The translations under genes and the position numbers were made by a program. A stretch of 64,000 bases of DNA from Opitutus sp. GAS368 (GTDB taxonomy: Bacteria; Verrucomicrobiota; Verrucomicrobiia; Opitutales; Opitutaceae), in the NCBI GenBank assembly GCA_943373185.1, contig CALSBN010000001.1, forward strand, positions 1,027 to 65,026, read 5' to 3'. Below the pieces are notes generated by a model that saw only the letters and a list, made by a program, of their open reading frames with translations, did not search any database and was not told the DNA's origin. This document shows, piece after piece, positions 48,183 to 57,839 of this stretch (the first letter of the stretch is position 1; each line of letters starts with the position of its first letter).

Positions 48183-49448
48183 ATGCGGATCATTGTTTGG
48201 GGAATAAATTATACGCCCGAGGTCACCGGGATCGCGCCTTTTAACCGCGGGCTCTGCGAGTTTTTGCGAGCGACCGGGCATGATGTGCGCATGGTTAGCG
48301 CGTTTGCCTATTATCCTGCTTGGCGTAAGGCGGCGGCTGATTCCGGGCGGCTCTTTCGGACGGATGTTTTGGCGGGAGTGCCGGTGCATCGTTGCTGGCA
48401 CTTTGTGCCGTCAAAAGTTACGGCTTTGAAACGCATTGTCCATGAATTGAGTTTTGCGCTGACGTCGACGCTGAGAATTTTGGGCCTTAAGAGAGCCGAA
48501 GTTTATGTGGTAGTAAGCCCGCCCCTGTTGTTGGGACCCTGCGCATGGTTGGTCAGCCGTTTGAAGCGCAGCCGATACGTGTTTCATGTGCAGGACTTGC
48601 AGCCGGACGCGGCTCTCGGCTTGGGCATGCTGGAGCCCGGCCTTTTTTCGCGGATACTCTATGGGCTCGAAGCATGGGCATACCGCGGAGCGTTTGCAAT
48701 TTCTGGGATCTCTGCCGGCATGCTGTCGGCGTTCGAAAAAAAGGGGGTGCCCACGGGCAAGCGCTGGTATTTTCCGAACTGGACCGATGGCGCGCCGTTG
48801 AACGTGCCCGAGGGTTCGGCCGAGCGATTTCGCGCCTGTCATGGAATTCCGCGAGAGGCATTGTTGGTGATCTATTCGGGAAATATCGGCAACAAGCAGG
48901 GCCTGGAAATTGTGGTAGAAGCCGCCAAATTTCTTCGGGCTTGGGCCGGTGAGCTGGATTTGGCACCGGTGAGGATTCTGATCATCGGCGATGGAGCCGC
49001 GAGATCGTCGTTAGCGGCCGAACTCGAACGAGACGGAGTCTCGTGTGTGCGGCTCTTGCCGCTGTTGGAGTCCGTTGAATATCAGGCCGCACTTTCGGCG
49101 ATGGATGTTGGGTTGATCACGCAGGCTGCCGGCACGGGGCAATATTTTTTCCCCAGCAAGTTGCTTTCGATTCTGTCGGCGGGGCGACCGGTAGTCACCG
49201 TCGCGGACGAAACCAGCGAATTGGCGAAGGCGGTGGCGGACGGCGGTTTTGGACTCAATGTTTTGCCCGGGCACGCTGCGGAGCTGGCAGAGGCTCTCCG
49301 ACTGCTAGCGGCAGATCGTGGCCGGCTGATCAAGCTGGCTGCTGAAACCGTCTGGGTTCGCCAATTTTTACGTGAACGCGTCTTGGCCGAATACGCCGGT
49401 CGGTTGCGGGAAATCACCTTGCCCGAAATCTCGCGGGCTCCCTATTGA
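48183..49448 (+). CDS. wcaI: WcaI-type glycosyltransferase (GT4)
   Basis: MRIIVWGINYTPEVTGIAPFNRGLCEFLRATGHDVRMVSAFAYYPAW and FFPSKLLSILSAGRPVV. Confidence 0.8.
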   Translation: MRIIVWGINYTPEVTGIAPFNRGLCEFLRATGHDVRMVSAFAYYPAWRKAAADSGRLFRTDVLAGVPVHRCWHFVPSKVTALKRIVHELSFALTSTLRILGLKRAEVYVVVSPPLLLGPCAWLVSRLKRSRYVFHVQDLQPDAALGLGMLEPGLFSRILYGLEAWAYRGAFAISGISAGMLSAFEKKGVPTGKRWYFPNWTDGAPLNVPEGSAERFRACHGIPREALLVIYSGNIGNKQGLEIVVEAAKFLRAWAGELDLAPVRILIIGDGAARSSLAAELERDGVSCVRLLPLLESVEYQAALSAMDVGLITQAAGTGQYFFPSKLLSILSAGRPVVTVADETSELAKAVADGGFGLNVLPGHAAELAEALRLLAADRGRLIKLAAETVWVRQFLRERVLAEYAGRLREITLPEISRAPY

Positions 49449-49490
49449 ACTGTAAAAATCCGATATGTCTTACTTGCCGGTTCTAAAGCA

Positions 49491-50915
49491 ATGACAACCC
49501 GCCGACTTCGAGGCCTTGTCAGTCTTCACGCTGCCGCAAGCACGTTGATTGCAGGTTCTTTTTTCCTGTTATGTGTCTTCGTTACGAAGCTGTATCCTTG
49601 GGTGGAGTTGTCGGCGAACGCCGATCTTGGGCATTACTTTGTCGCCGTTTTGGCCGGCATGATTTTCGGCACCCGATTTATCGCGATAATGGGATCGCGC
49701 TTTCACCGTTTTAGTGTGGTAGATGCCGCCGCGCTGGCATTTAGGCAGATCACGATCGTGACGTTGGTGGTGTTTACACTGATCGTGGCAACGAAGGACC
49801 AAAACGTTAGCCGTCTCTTTCTTGCGTCGTATCTCGCCCTCACTTGGGGGCTGCTCTTTGCCGTCAATCACTTCCTGCCGAGGTTATTGTCCAAAATTGC
49901 TTTCAGCGGCCATCATCTTCTACCGACCCTCTTTATCGGACGCTCACGGGCGCGGGTGCGATTGGAGAGCTGGCTCGCACAAAACGAATATCTGGGTATC
50001 CGACCCCTAGGTTATTTGTCCGACGAACCTGAATCCTCGCCACGAGCGGAGGGACGTGATGGGGCCGGCCGGTTGGGTCCGATCAGTGCTTTGGCCTCGA
50101 TCATTGAGGAGAGGAATGTAGGGCAGGTTATCCTTTTGGACCTGCGGTTGGGGCCTGGCGCGACCGAGTCCATTCTTGAAATTTGTCAATCGGCGGGCTG
50201 CCGCTTCCTGATCCACAATCAAATAGAAGATGAAGTTTCTGTTCCGCTTTTGCCGGTTGTCGAAGATGGCCACTATTTCTTCACAACCCATGAGGAGCCT
50301 CTGGAAGATCCGATGAATCGGGCCGTAAAGCGGTTATTCGACATCGGGGTGTCATTACCGGTGGTCCTATTCGTGCTTCCTGTATTGAGTTTGCTGGTCT
50401 TGTTGATGCAACGCTGGCAAGCACCCGGGCCGTTGATGTTTTCGAGGATCAGAGGGGGGCACCGAGGATCGGCGTTCACGATGCTGAAGTATCGGTCGAT
50501 GAAGTTCGAGGCACCCGATGCAAACCGCGAAGCTAAACAAGCCACGCCTGGAGATTCGCGGATCTATCCTTTTGGACGATTTCTTCGGAAGACCAGTCTC
50601 GATGAATTCCCGCAGTTCTATAATGTCCTGCGAGGTGACATGAGCATCGTTGGGCCAAGGCCGCATTTGCCGCAACACGACGAAGAGTTCGGGCGGATCG
50701 CAAAAGCCTACCGCTCGCGTCAGCTCGTCAAGCCCGGCATCACCGGGTTGGCCCAGACCAAGGGTTACCGAGGAGAGATTACCGATCCCGCAGTGCTCCA
50801 CCAGCGGGTGGCTCTTGATGTTTACTACATCACGCATTGGTCTATCTGGCTCGATGTGGTGATCACAGTTAACACACTGCGGCACGTTTTTATTCCGCCA
50901 AAGAACGCGGTTTAG
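49491..50915 (+). CDS. undecaprenyl-phosphate hexose-1-phosphate transferase (priming sugar transferase, WcaJ/EpsB type)
   Basis: N-terminal TM block plus C-terminal bacterial sugar-transferase domain: KRLFDIGVSLPVVLFVLPV, FTMLKYRSM, DEFPQFYNVLRGDMSIVGPRP. Confidence 0.9.
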   Translation: MTTRRLRGLVSLHAAASTLIAGSFFLLCVFVTKLYPWVELSANADLGHYFVAVLAGMIFGTRFIAIMGSRFHRFSVVDAAALAFRQITIVTLVVFTLIVATKDQNVSRLFLASYLALTWGLLFAVNHFLPRLLSKIAFSGHHLLPTLFIGRSRARVRLESWLAQNEYLGIRPLGYLSDEPESSPRAEGRDGAGRLGPISALASIIEERNVGQVILLDLRLGPGATESILEICQSAGCRFLIHNQIEDEVSVPLLPVVEDGHYFFTTHEEPLEDPMNRAVKRLFDIGVSLPVVLFVLPVLSLLVLLMQRWQAPGPLMFSRIRGGHRGSAFTMLKYRSMKFEAPDANREAKQATPGDSRIYPFGRFLRKTSLDEFPQFYNVLRGDMSIVGPRPHLPQHDEEFGRIAKAYRSRQLVKPGITGLAQTKGYRGEITDPAVLHQRVALDVYYITHWSIWLDVVITVNTLRHVFIPPKNAV

Positions 50916-51126
50916 CCATGGTTGATGTGCTTGAGTTGGGAATCTAGATTATCGGAAGAGGGAGACGAGGGTGCTGGTAGGTTCGAAGAAGGTTGAATGC
51001 CGGGCGAGTTCGTCGCTCCAACTGGGCCTTGGCTTGCTCCTGCGCCTCCCTTGACCTGGCGGCTTTTACCGGTCGTAACTCTTCTTTTCTCCCCTTGGCC
51101 CCCTTGTTGCTAGCGCTCTTTTCCTG

Positions 51127-52143
51127 ATGCGGGATTACTTCATCCGTCGGTTTCTGCTGATTCCGCCCACGTTGCTGGGAATCACTCTCATTGTTTTTTT
51201 GATCACGCGGATCGTGCCCGGCGGGCCGTTGGAGCGGGCGATGATGGAGATGCAGGAGGTCGACGCCGCGGGGCGCGGGGCCTCGGCGGGGCAGGGGATG
51301 GCGCTCTCCCAAGCTCAACTCGACCAGCTGAAAGCCTACTACGGTTTCGATAAACCCGTCCTCGTGAGCTACGGCTTGTGGCTCGGCAAGGTCGTAACGG
51401 GCGATCTCGGCACCTCCTACCGCTACAACGAACCGGTCTGGAACGTCATCAAACAGCGCTTCCCGGTTTCGTTGTTCTACGGGTTGCTCACGCTTGTCAT
51501 CACTTACTCCGTCTGCATCCCGCTCGGCATTCTCAAGGCCATCCGCCACCGCTCTCTGATGGACAACGCCACTTCGGTGCTCGTGTTCATGGGCTACGCG
51601 GTGCCCGGCTATGTGCTCGGCGCGCTGCTTCTGCTGTTTTTCTCGGCCCGGCTGGCGTGGTTTCCGATGGGCGGTTTCACGAGTTACAACTTCGACGACC
51701 TCACGCTCGGCGGGAAGATCGGCGATCTCTTTCACCATGCGGTCCTGCCGCTGGCGTGCTACTTGGTCGGGAGTTTTGCGGTGACGACGCTCCTCATGAA
51801 AAACCATCTGATGGACAATCTCTCCGCCGATTACGTGCGCACCGCGTTGGCGAAGGGCGTGTCGTTTCACCAGGCGGTGCTAAAGCACGCGCTCCGTAAT
51901 TCGCTCATCCCCATCGCCACCACCTTCGGGCAAAACATCACACTCGTCGTTTCCGGCTCGTTTCTGATCGAGACGGTTTTTGACATCAATGGCTTCGGTC
52001 TGCTCGGGCTCACCTCGATTTTTGACCGCGATTATCCGGTGGTGATGGGCGTGATCTTCCTCGCAAGTCTGCTGCTGCTGCTCGGCAACATCTTGTCCGA
52101 CGTGCTGGTGGCCTTGATCGATCCGCGCATCCGCTTCAAGTAA
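51127..52143 (+). CDS. peptide ABC transporter permease (OppB/YejB-like)
   Basis: MRDYFIRRFLLIPPTLLGITLIVFLITRIVPGGP and DYVRTALAKGVSFHQAVLKHALRNSLIPI (EAA loop). Confidence 0.9.
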   Translation: MRDYFIRRFLLIPPTLLGITLIVFLITRIVPGGPLERAMMEMQEVDAAGRGASAGQGMALSQAQLDQLKAYYGFDKPVLVSYGLWLGKVVTGDLGTSYRYNEPVWNVIKQRFPVSLFYGLLTLVITYSVCIPLGILKAIRHRSLMDNATSVLVFMGYAVPGYVLGALLLLFFSARLAWFPMGGFTSYNFDDLTLGGKIGDLFHHAVLPLACYLVGSFAVTTLLMKNHLMDNLSADYVRTALAKGVSFHQAVLKHALRNSLIPIATTFGQNITLVVSGSFLIETVFDINGFGLLGLTSIFDRDYPVVMGVIFLASLLLLLGNILSDVLVALIDPRIRFK

Positions 52144-52150
52144 AACGCCG

Positions 52151-53224
52151 ATGGCCCTGAATCCGCTCACCGTCAAAAAGCTCCGGCGTTTCCGCTCGAT
52201 CCGGCGCGGTTACGTTTCGTTTTTGGTGCTCGCCGGGCTCATCGTGCTGTCCCTTTTCGGTGAACTTTTGGTCAACAGCCGCGCGCTCGCGGTGAGTTAC
52301 GAGGGCCGGCTCCATTTTCCAACCTACGGCGCCAATCTGCCCGGCACGGCGTTCGGTCTCGGTTACTCCTACGAGACCAACTACCGCGAGTTGAAGAAAA
52401 AGTTCGGGGCCGAGGGCTCCAAAAACTGGGTGCTCATGCCCCCGTTTCAGTTCAACGCCTTCGAAAACACGCCCTATCAAAACGTGTTCAAGCCCGCGCC
52501 GCCGTCCTTCATGGGCGGGCCCGAGGGACACCTGCTCGGGACCGACACCACGGGCCGGGACATTTTTGCCCGGCTGTTTTTCGGATTTCGCGTGGCCATC
52601 TTTTTCGCGCTGGCGTTCATGGCGCTCACTTATCTCGTCGGAATTTCGGTCGGGTGCATGATGGGCTATTTCGGCGGCGTGTTCGACCTGATCGTGCAAC
52701 GCCTGATCGAAGTGTGGTCCAACATCCCGTTTCTCTACATGGTCATCATTATTTTTTCGGTGATTCCGTCCACGCTAAGCATCCCGGCGCGGGTGGGGAT
52801 TCTGCTCGTGGTGATGGTGCTCTTCTCGTGGACCTCGATGACTTATTACATGCGGACCGCGACTTACCGGGAGAAGGCGCGGGACTACACCTCGGCGGCG
52901 ATCGTGATCGGAGCGGGCACGGGCCGGATCATCTTCAACCACATTTTGCCGAACACGATTTCGACCGTCGTCACGTTTATGCCGTTTACGATCGTCTCGG
53001 CCATCACGGCGGTCACGGCGCTTGATTTTCTCGGCTTCGGCCTGCCGGCACCGACGCCGAGCATGGGCGAACTGCTCAAGCAGGGCACGCAGACCCTGAC
53101 CACCGCGCCCTGGATCGTGTCGTCGGCCTTCGTGGCCCTCGTTTTTATCCTCACGCTCGTGACGTTCATCGGCGAGGCGGTGCGCGAGGCCTTTGATCCC
53201 AAAAAATTCACCACTTACGAATAA
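52151..53224 (+). CDS. peptide ABC transporter permease (OppC/YejE-like)
   Basis: HLLGTDTTGRDIFARLFFG and DYTSAAIVIGAGTGRIIFNHILPN. Confidence 0.9.
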   Translation: MALNPLTVKKLRRFRSIRRGYVSFLVLAGLIVLSLFGELLVNSRALAVSYEGRLHFPTYGANLPGTAFGLGYSYETNYRELKKKFGAEGSKNWVLMPPFQFNAFENTPYQNVFKPAPPSFMGGPEGHLLGTDTTGRDIFARLFFGFRVAIFFALAFMALTYLVGISVGCMMGYFGGVFDLIVQRLIEVWSNIPFLYMVIIIFSVIPSTLSIPARVGILLVVMVLFSWTSMTYYMRTATYREKARDYTSAAIVIGAGTGRIIFNHILPNTISTVVTFMPFTIVSAITAVTALDFLGFGLPAPTPSMGELLKQGTQTLTTAPWIVSSAFVALVFILTLVTFIGEAVREAFDPKKFTTYE

Positions 53225-53231
53225 TACTCCC

Positions 53232-55220
53232 ATGAACCAAGTTCTCCCCCCTCTCCGTTTGTCCGGCCGTTGGCTGCTGGCGCTGGCCGGCGTGTTTTTC
53301 CTCGTTGGTTGCGGCAAGAAAAAGGAAGCCGTCGTCGAGCGCGACAACACCGCCGAGGTGAAGGCCTATTACGCGGCCAATCCCAATTTTTTCCGGTTCG
53401 CGACCCCGGCCGATCTGCCCAAGGACCTTGAGTGGGAAAACGGCGCCGACCTGCCGGAGATCGGCTCCCCGGCAGCCAAGAAGGGCGGGACGGTTTACAC
53501 GTTTCTCCCGGATTTTCCGCGCACGCTGCGGCACCTCGGGCCCGATTCCAACGGTGGCTTCCGCCCTTGGATTCTCGACGACGTGACCGTGCAGTGGGCG
53601 TGGCGCCATCCGAATCAGACCGAAGTGGGACCGAAGGGATTTCGTTTTTTCGGCGGGCTGGCTTCGGAGTGGGCGATCGACAAGGCGCGCAAGACCGTCT
53701 GGGTGCGGATCGAGCGCAACGCCCGCTGGAGCGACGGCGTGCCGATCACGTCGGACGATATGTTGTTCGCGTTCTTTCTCTGGCGTTCGAAATACGTCCA
53801 GGCCCCGTGGTATAACAATTTCTACACGACGAATTTTGCCGGGATCACGCGCTACGACAGCCACACCTTCTCGATCACGCTGCCCGAAGATCGGCCCGAT
53901 ATGTCGTCGCGCGTGCTCGAACTTTATCCGCAACCCGCGCACTTCTACAAAGAACTCGGTGACGACTATCTGGAGCGCTACCAGTGGCGCGTGGTGCCCA
54001 CGCCCGGCGCTTACACGATCTTGCCGGAGGATATAGACAAGGGCCGCTCGATCACGCTCACGCGCGTCAAGGACTGGTGGGCGAAGGATAAGAAAAATTG
54101 GCGCTACCGGTTTAACCCCGACAAAATCCGCTTCTCGATCATCCGCGATACGCCGAAGAGTTTTGAGGCCTTCAAGAAAGGGGAGATCGATTTCTTCGGC
54201 CTCAGTCTCGCCGAGTATTGGTATGACAAGCTGCCTGACTCGGACCCGCTGGTGCAGTCCGGCCTCGTGCAGAAAAACAAGTTTTACAACGATTTCCCCC
54301 GCCCGACCTTTGGCCTGTGGATGAACACCAGCCGGCCGTTGCTCGACAACCGCGAGGTGAGGGTCGGCATCCAATACGCGACGAATTGGCAACTCGTGAT
54401 CGACAAGTTCGCCCGCGGCGACTGGCAGCGGATGCAGACGGGCTCCGATGGCTACGGCGAATTTTCCCATCCCACGCTGCGCTCCCGGCCGTTTTCGATC
54501 GAGAAGGCGCTGGAGAGTTTCTCGAAAGCGGGCTTTTCGACGCGCGGGCCCGACGGCGTGCTCGTCAACGCCAAGGGCGAGCGGCTTTCGTTCCAGCTGA
54601 CCACGGGGTATGAAATGCTCAAGGATGTTCTGACGATTTTGAGAGAAGAGGCCTTGAAAGCCGGGGTTGAGTTCCGGATCGAGGTGTTGGACCAGACCAC
54701 GGCGTTTAAGAAGCTCCAGGAAAAGCAGCACGATATCTCCTACACAGCCTTCAGCGTTTCTCCAGAGATGTATCCGCGCTATTGGGAGGATTCTCATTCG
54801 GCCAACGCCTACGACACTGCATTCCTGCCCGATGGAACGGTGAATCCCGAGCGGAAGCTGAAGACCCAGACCAACAATGTGACGTCCACCGCGATTCACG
54901 TCCTCGACCAAAAAATCATCGCCTACGACCGATCAAGCAGCGCGGAAGAGATGAAGAAACTCGCATTCGAAATGGAGGAGATGCTCTTTGAACACGCGGC
55001 GTTCTCGCCGGGTCAAGTGGTCCCGTTTATGCGAATCGGGAGCTGGCGCTGGATCGGCTATCCCGAAGATTTCCACGTCAAACTCGGCCGGAACTTCACC
55101 GAGTGGATGCTCTTCTGGGTCGATGAGGACAAAAAGAAGGAAACCCTCGATGCCCGTCGCACGGGCGCGACCTTCCCGCCGGTGATCCGCACCTACGAGC
55201 AATACAAGCGCAAGGATTGA
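53232..55220 (+). CDS. family-5 extracellular solute-binding lipoprotein (YejA-like)
   Basis: ORF 53193..55220; ATG 53232. Lipobox LVGC in [32 protein letters not shown]. About 660 aa of SBP_bac_5-like sequence. Confidence 0.85.
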   Translation: MNQVLPPLRLSGRWLLALAGVFFLVGCGKKKEAVVERDNTAEVKAYYAANPNFFRFATPADLPKDLEWENGADLPEIGSPAAKKGGTVYTFLPDFPRTLRHLGPDSNGGFRPWILDDVTVQWAWRHPNQTEVGPKGFRFFGGLASEWAIDKARKTVWVRIERNARWSDGVPITSDDMLFAFFLWRSKYVQAPWYNNFYTTNFAGITRYDSHTFSITLPEDRPDMSSRVLELYPQPAHFYKELGDDYLERYQWRVVPTPGAYTILPEDIDKGRSITLTRVKDWWAKDKKNWRYRFNPDKIRFSIIRDTPKSFEAFKKGEIDFFGLSLAEYWYDKLPDSDPLVQSGLVQKNKFYNDFPRPTFGLWMNTSRPLLDNREVRVGIQYATNWQLVIDKFARGDWQRMQTGSDGYGEFSHPTLRSRPFSIEKALESFSKAGFSTRGPDGVLVNAKGERLSFQLTTGYEMLKDVLTILREEALKAGVEFRIEVLDQTTAFKKLQEKQHDISYTAFSVSPEMYPRYWEDSHSANAYDTAFLPDGTVNPERKLKTQTNNVTSTAIHVLDQKIIAYDRSSSAEEMKKLAFEMEEMLFEHAAFSPGQVVPFMRIGSWRWIGYPEDFHVKLGRNFTEWMLFWVDEDKKKETLDARRTGATFPPVIRTYEQYKRKD

Positions 55221-55233
55221 ACCGAACCCGACC

Positions 55234-56247
55234 TTGCCCGTGGCCGACCCTACTCAACCTCTGCTCGAAGTCCGGGATCTCGTCACCGCGTTTGACACCG
55301 ACGCCGGCCAAGTCCGCGCCGTCGATGGCGTGAGCTTCGTGGTGCACAAGGGCAAGACCCTCGGTATCGTCGGTGAGTCGGGCTGCGGGAAGAGTGTGAC
55401 GGCGCTTTCCATCAATCGCCTGCTGCCGAAACCGATGGGAAAAATTCTCGGCGGTCAGGTGCTGTTCGAAGGTCAGGACCTGACAAAGCTTCCGCCCGAG
55501 CAGATGCTGAAAGTGCGGGGCGCCCGGATCGGGATGATATTCCAAGAGCCGATGACTGCGCTCAATCCGCTCCACCGCATCGGCCGGCAGCTCTCCGAGA
55601 TTTTCCTGCTGCACAAAACCAAAGACCCGCGTGAGGCGCTCGCGATGAGCGTCGAAATGCTTCGGCTGGTCGGCATCCCGTCGCCGGATATCCGGGTGTC
55701 GGAGTATCCGCATCAGCTCTCCGGCGGGATGCGCCAACGCGTGGTCATCGCGATCGCGCTCGCCTGCAAGCCGGCGCTGGTCATCGCGGATGAGCCGACC
55801 ACCGCGCTCGATGTCACGATTCAGGCGCAGATCTTGGAGCTCATGAAGACCCTCCAGCGCGAGATGGGCATGTCGATTGTCCTCATCACGCACGATCTTG
55901 GGGTGATCGCCGAAGTGTGCGACGAAGTCGTCGTGATGTATGCGGGCCGCATCGCGGAGCGTGGGCCCGTGCTCGAAATTTTCGAGAACCCGAAGCATCC
56001 TTACACGCGCGGTCTGTTGCAGTCGATTCCGCGCCTCGACAGTCCGCGGAAGGTGAAGTTGAACACGATCGAAGGCATGGTGCCCGGTCTGCTCGATCTG
56101 CCGACGGGGTGCCGGTTTCAGAATCGCTGTCCGCACAAGATCGCCCGCTGTGCCGAGGTCCAGCCGCCCGTCGAAAGCGTGGTTGAGTTCCACGACGTGG
56201 CGTGCCATCGCTGGCGGGAATTGTCACCGTTGGAGGTCCGGTCATGA
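55234..56247 (+). CDS. peptide ABC transporter ATP-binding protein (OppD-like)
   Basis: TTG start (GTG at 55240 is the alternative). Walker A GESGCGKS, signature LSGGMRQR, Walker [13 protein letters not shown]. Confidence 0.9.
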   Translation: MPVADPTQPLLEVRDLVTAFDTDAGQVRAVDGVSFVVHKGKTLGIVGESGCGKSVTALSINRLLPKPMGKILGGQVLFEGQDLTKLPPEQMLKVRGARIGMIFQEPMTALNPLHRIGRQLSEIFLLHKTKDPREALAMSVEMLRLVGIPSPDIRVSEYPHQLSGGMRQRVVIAIALACKPALVIADEPTTALDVTIQAQILELMKTLQREMGMSIVLITHDLGVIAEVCDEVVVMYAGRIAERGPVLEIFENPKHPYTRGLLQSIPRLDSPRKVKLNTIEGMVPGLLDLPTGCRFQNRCPHKIARCAEVQPPVESVVEFHDVACHRWRELSPLEVRS

Positions 56248-57248
56248 GTGAAAAGTCTGCCGATCAACCGGGCCTGCCGCTGCTCGAGATTCGGAATCTC
56301 AAGATGTATTTCCCGGTCAAGGGCGGGGTTTTCATGACCGCCAAAGCGCAGTGCAAGGCGGTCGACGGGGTGTCGCTCGTGATTCGGGCCGGCGAGACCC
56401 TCGGCCTCGTCGGTGAGTCGGGCTGCGGCAAGTCCACCCTCGGGAAATGCATCGTGCGCCTCAACCAGCCGACCTCGGGCGAGATTCTCTTCGACGGCGC
56501 GGACCTCGCCAAAATGAGCCGCTCGGAGATGAAACCGCACCGGCGAAACATTCAGATGATCTTCCAGGATCCGGCGGATTCGCTCAATTCGCGGCATACG
56601 GTGGGAAACATTTTGGAGGAACCGTTTATCGTCCACGGCATCGGCAATGAAGCGGAACGTCGCGCGCGCGTGAGTGAATTGCTGCGCACGGTGGGGCTAC
56701 CGGCGGGAGCGGCGGAGCGGTTTCCTTTTGAATTCTCCGGCGGTCAACGCCAGCGCATCGGCATCGCGCGGGCGATCGCGCTGAACCCGAGGCTGGTCGT
56801 CTGCGACGAGCCGGTCTCGGCCCTCGATGTGTCGATCCAGAGCCAGGTGTTGAACCTTATGCTCGATCTCCAGCGGGAGCTGAAGCTTTCCTATCTCTTC
56901 ATCGCGCACGATCTCGCCGTGGTGAAACATATCTCCGACCGCATCGTCGTGATGTATCTCGGCCACGTGGTCGAAACCGCCTCGGCGGAAGAGATTTATC
57001 GGAGCCCGCGCCATCCTTACACGCGGGCGCTGATTTCGGCGATTCCGGTGCCGAATCCCCGGAAGCATCGGGATCGAATCATTCTGCAAGGTGACGTGCC
57101 GTCGCCGATCAATCCGCCATCGGGGTGTCCGTTTCATACCCGTTGTCCCCACGTGCAGGAACGTTGTCGGTCGGAGAAACCCGCGCTGAGAACGGTGGCC
57201 ACGACGGCGGGGATCGAGCAACAGGTGGCGTGTCATTTCGATCTGTGA
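56244..57248 (+). CDS. peptide ABC transporter ATP-binding protein (OppF-like)
   Basis: ORF 56202..57248; ATG 56244 overlaps the upstream stop (ATGA). [35 protein letters not shown]. Confidence 0.9.
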   Translation: MSEKSADQPGLPLLEIRNLKMYFPVKGGVFMTAKAQCKAVDGVSLVIRAGETLGLVGESGCGKSTLGKCIVRLNQPTSGEILFDGADLAKMSRSEMKPHRRNIQMIFQDPADSLNSRHTVGNILEEPFIVHGIGNEAERRARVSELLRTVGLPAGAAERFPFEFSGGQRQRIGIARAIALNPRLVVCDEPVSALDVSIQSQVLNLMLDLQRELKLSYLFIAHDLAVVKHISDRIVVMYLGHVVETASAEEIYRSPRHPYTRALISAIPVPNPRKHRDRIILQGDVPSPINPPSGCPFHTRCPHVQERCRSEKPALRTVATTAGIEQQVACHFDL

Positions 57249-57445
57249 GCGGCGGGGCTGATTCTTTGTTTTGGCTTGTTCAAAATCATAGGGCCTTTGG
57301 TCCAAGCCGGACGCGGAACGCGACGCGGGCATCGCGTCGCCGTAGAAGTGAGCCTGAAATGAAAGGCCCTGCGGCGGGGAAGGGTTGACCTGAGCGCTTG
57401 CGTGCGGGCGAACGATGTCCTCTCTTGGCGGAGTTCTTTTTAGCG

Positions 57446-57747
57446 GGGCCTATAGCTCAATGGTTAGAGCAGAGGACTTAATTATCGGGTCGGCGGCGGG
57501 GAAACCCGCCGTTAGTCAGGTGTAACTTCGGTGAACGGCCTGCTCGCTTCGGCGGGCGACCCAACGCCGAGCCAAGCCCGCGCTTCACGGCGCGGTAAGG
57601 TGTAGAGACCATAATCACCCACCTTCGCCCTCAAGGCATGGTGAAGGCATGGTCCAGACTACGAATTCCGCGAAGGCGGGAGCGGCGAAAGCCGAAGTGG
57701 TAAGCATAATCCTTTGGTTCAGGGTTCGAATCCCTGTGGGCCCACCA
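57446..57747 (+). tRNA. tRNA with anticodon CAT (elongator Met or Ile2/lysidine type) interrupted by a group I intron; exons 57446-57478 and 57705-57747
   Basis: Joined exons give GGGCCTA-TA-GCTC-AATGGTTA-GAGC-A-GAGGA-CTCATAA-TCCTT-TGGTT-CAGGG-TTCGAAT-CCCTG-TGGGCCC-A-CCA. This is a 76-nt cloverleaf with all stems paired (G-U pairs at 6-67 in the acceptor stem and at 27-43 in the anticodon stem). G1-C72 is paired and there is no GGG/CCC anticodon stem, so it is not an initiator. Confidence 0.8.
57479..57704 (+). ncRNA. group I intron (IC3-like, Azoarcus tRNA-Ile intron-like core), 226 nt, no ORF
   Basis: Follows U57478 and ends in G57704. GAAA-capped hairpins GGCGGG-GAAA-CCCGCC (57495-57510) and CGGC-GAAA-GCCG (57683-57694). 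Core blocks CAACGCCGAGCCAAGC (57562-57577), AAGGTGTAGAGAC (57597-57609) and CACCCACCT (57616-57624). P1 is possible between exon GACU and intron GGUC (57488-57491). P10 is possible between intron AUUAU (57481-57485) and exon-2 AUAAU (57706-57710). Confidence 0.75.
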
Positions 57748-57839
57748 TTTTCCCAAGCGGGACGGCGCGGGCGTCCCGCTCGGGTTCCAAAAGAACGGGT
57801 GGCGCCCCGGCGCTGCTTTCGATTCACCCGCCGCACTTC

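Noticed and set aside
53208-56208. 567-aa and 370-aa minus-strand ORFs over the solute-binding and ATPase genes; similarly 50944-51870 (-), 16026-17147 (-), 8371-9657 (-), 39101-40213 (-) and 10625-11725 (-)
   Set aside because: They lie antisense to genes with canonical motifs (Walker A/B, MCP hairpin, AsnB and others). Arg-rich compositions and no independent start or RBS support.
57446-57747. Reading the split tRNA as tRNA-Leu(UAA) with a cyanobacterial-type intron, because the 5' half ends ...CTTAA
   Set aside because: There is no long variable arm (only the 5-nt TGGTT), so it cannot be a class II Leu tRNA. No G precedes the 3' exon in that register. Only the U57478 / G57704 junctions give a 7-nt loop (CUCAUAA) together with P1 and P10 pairing.
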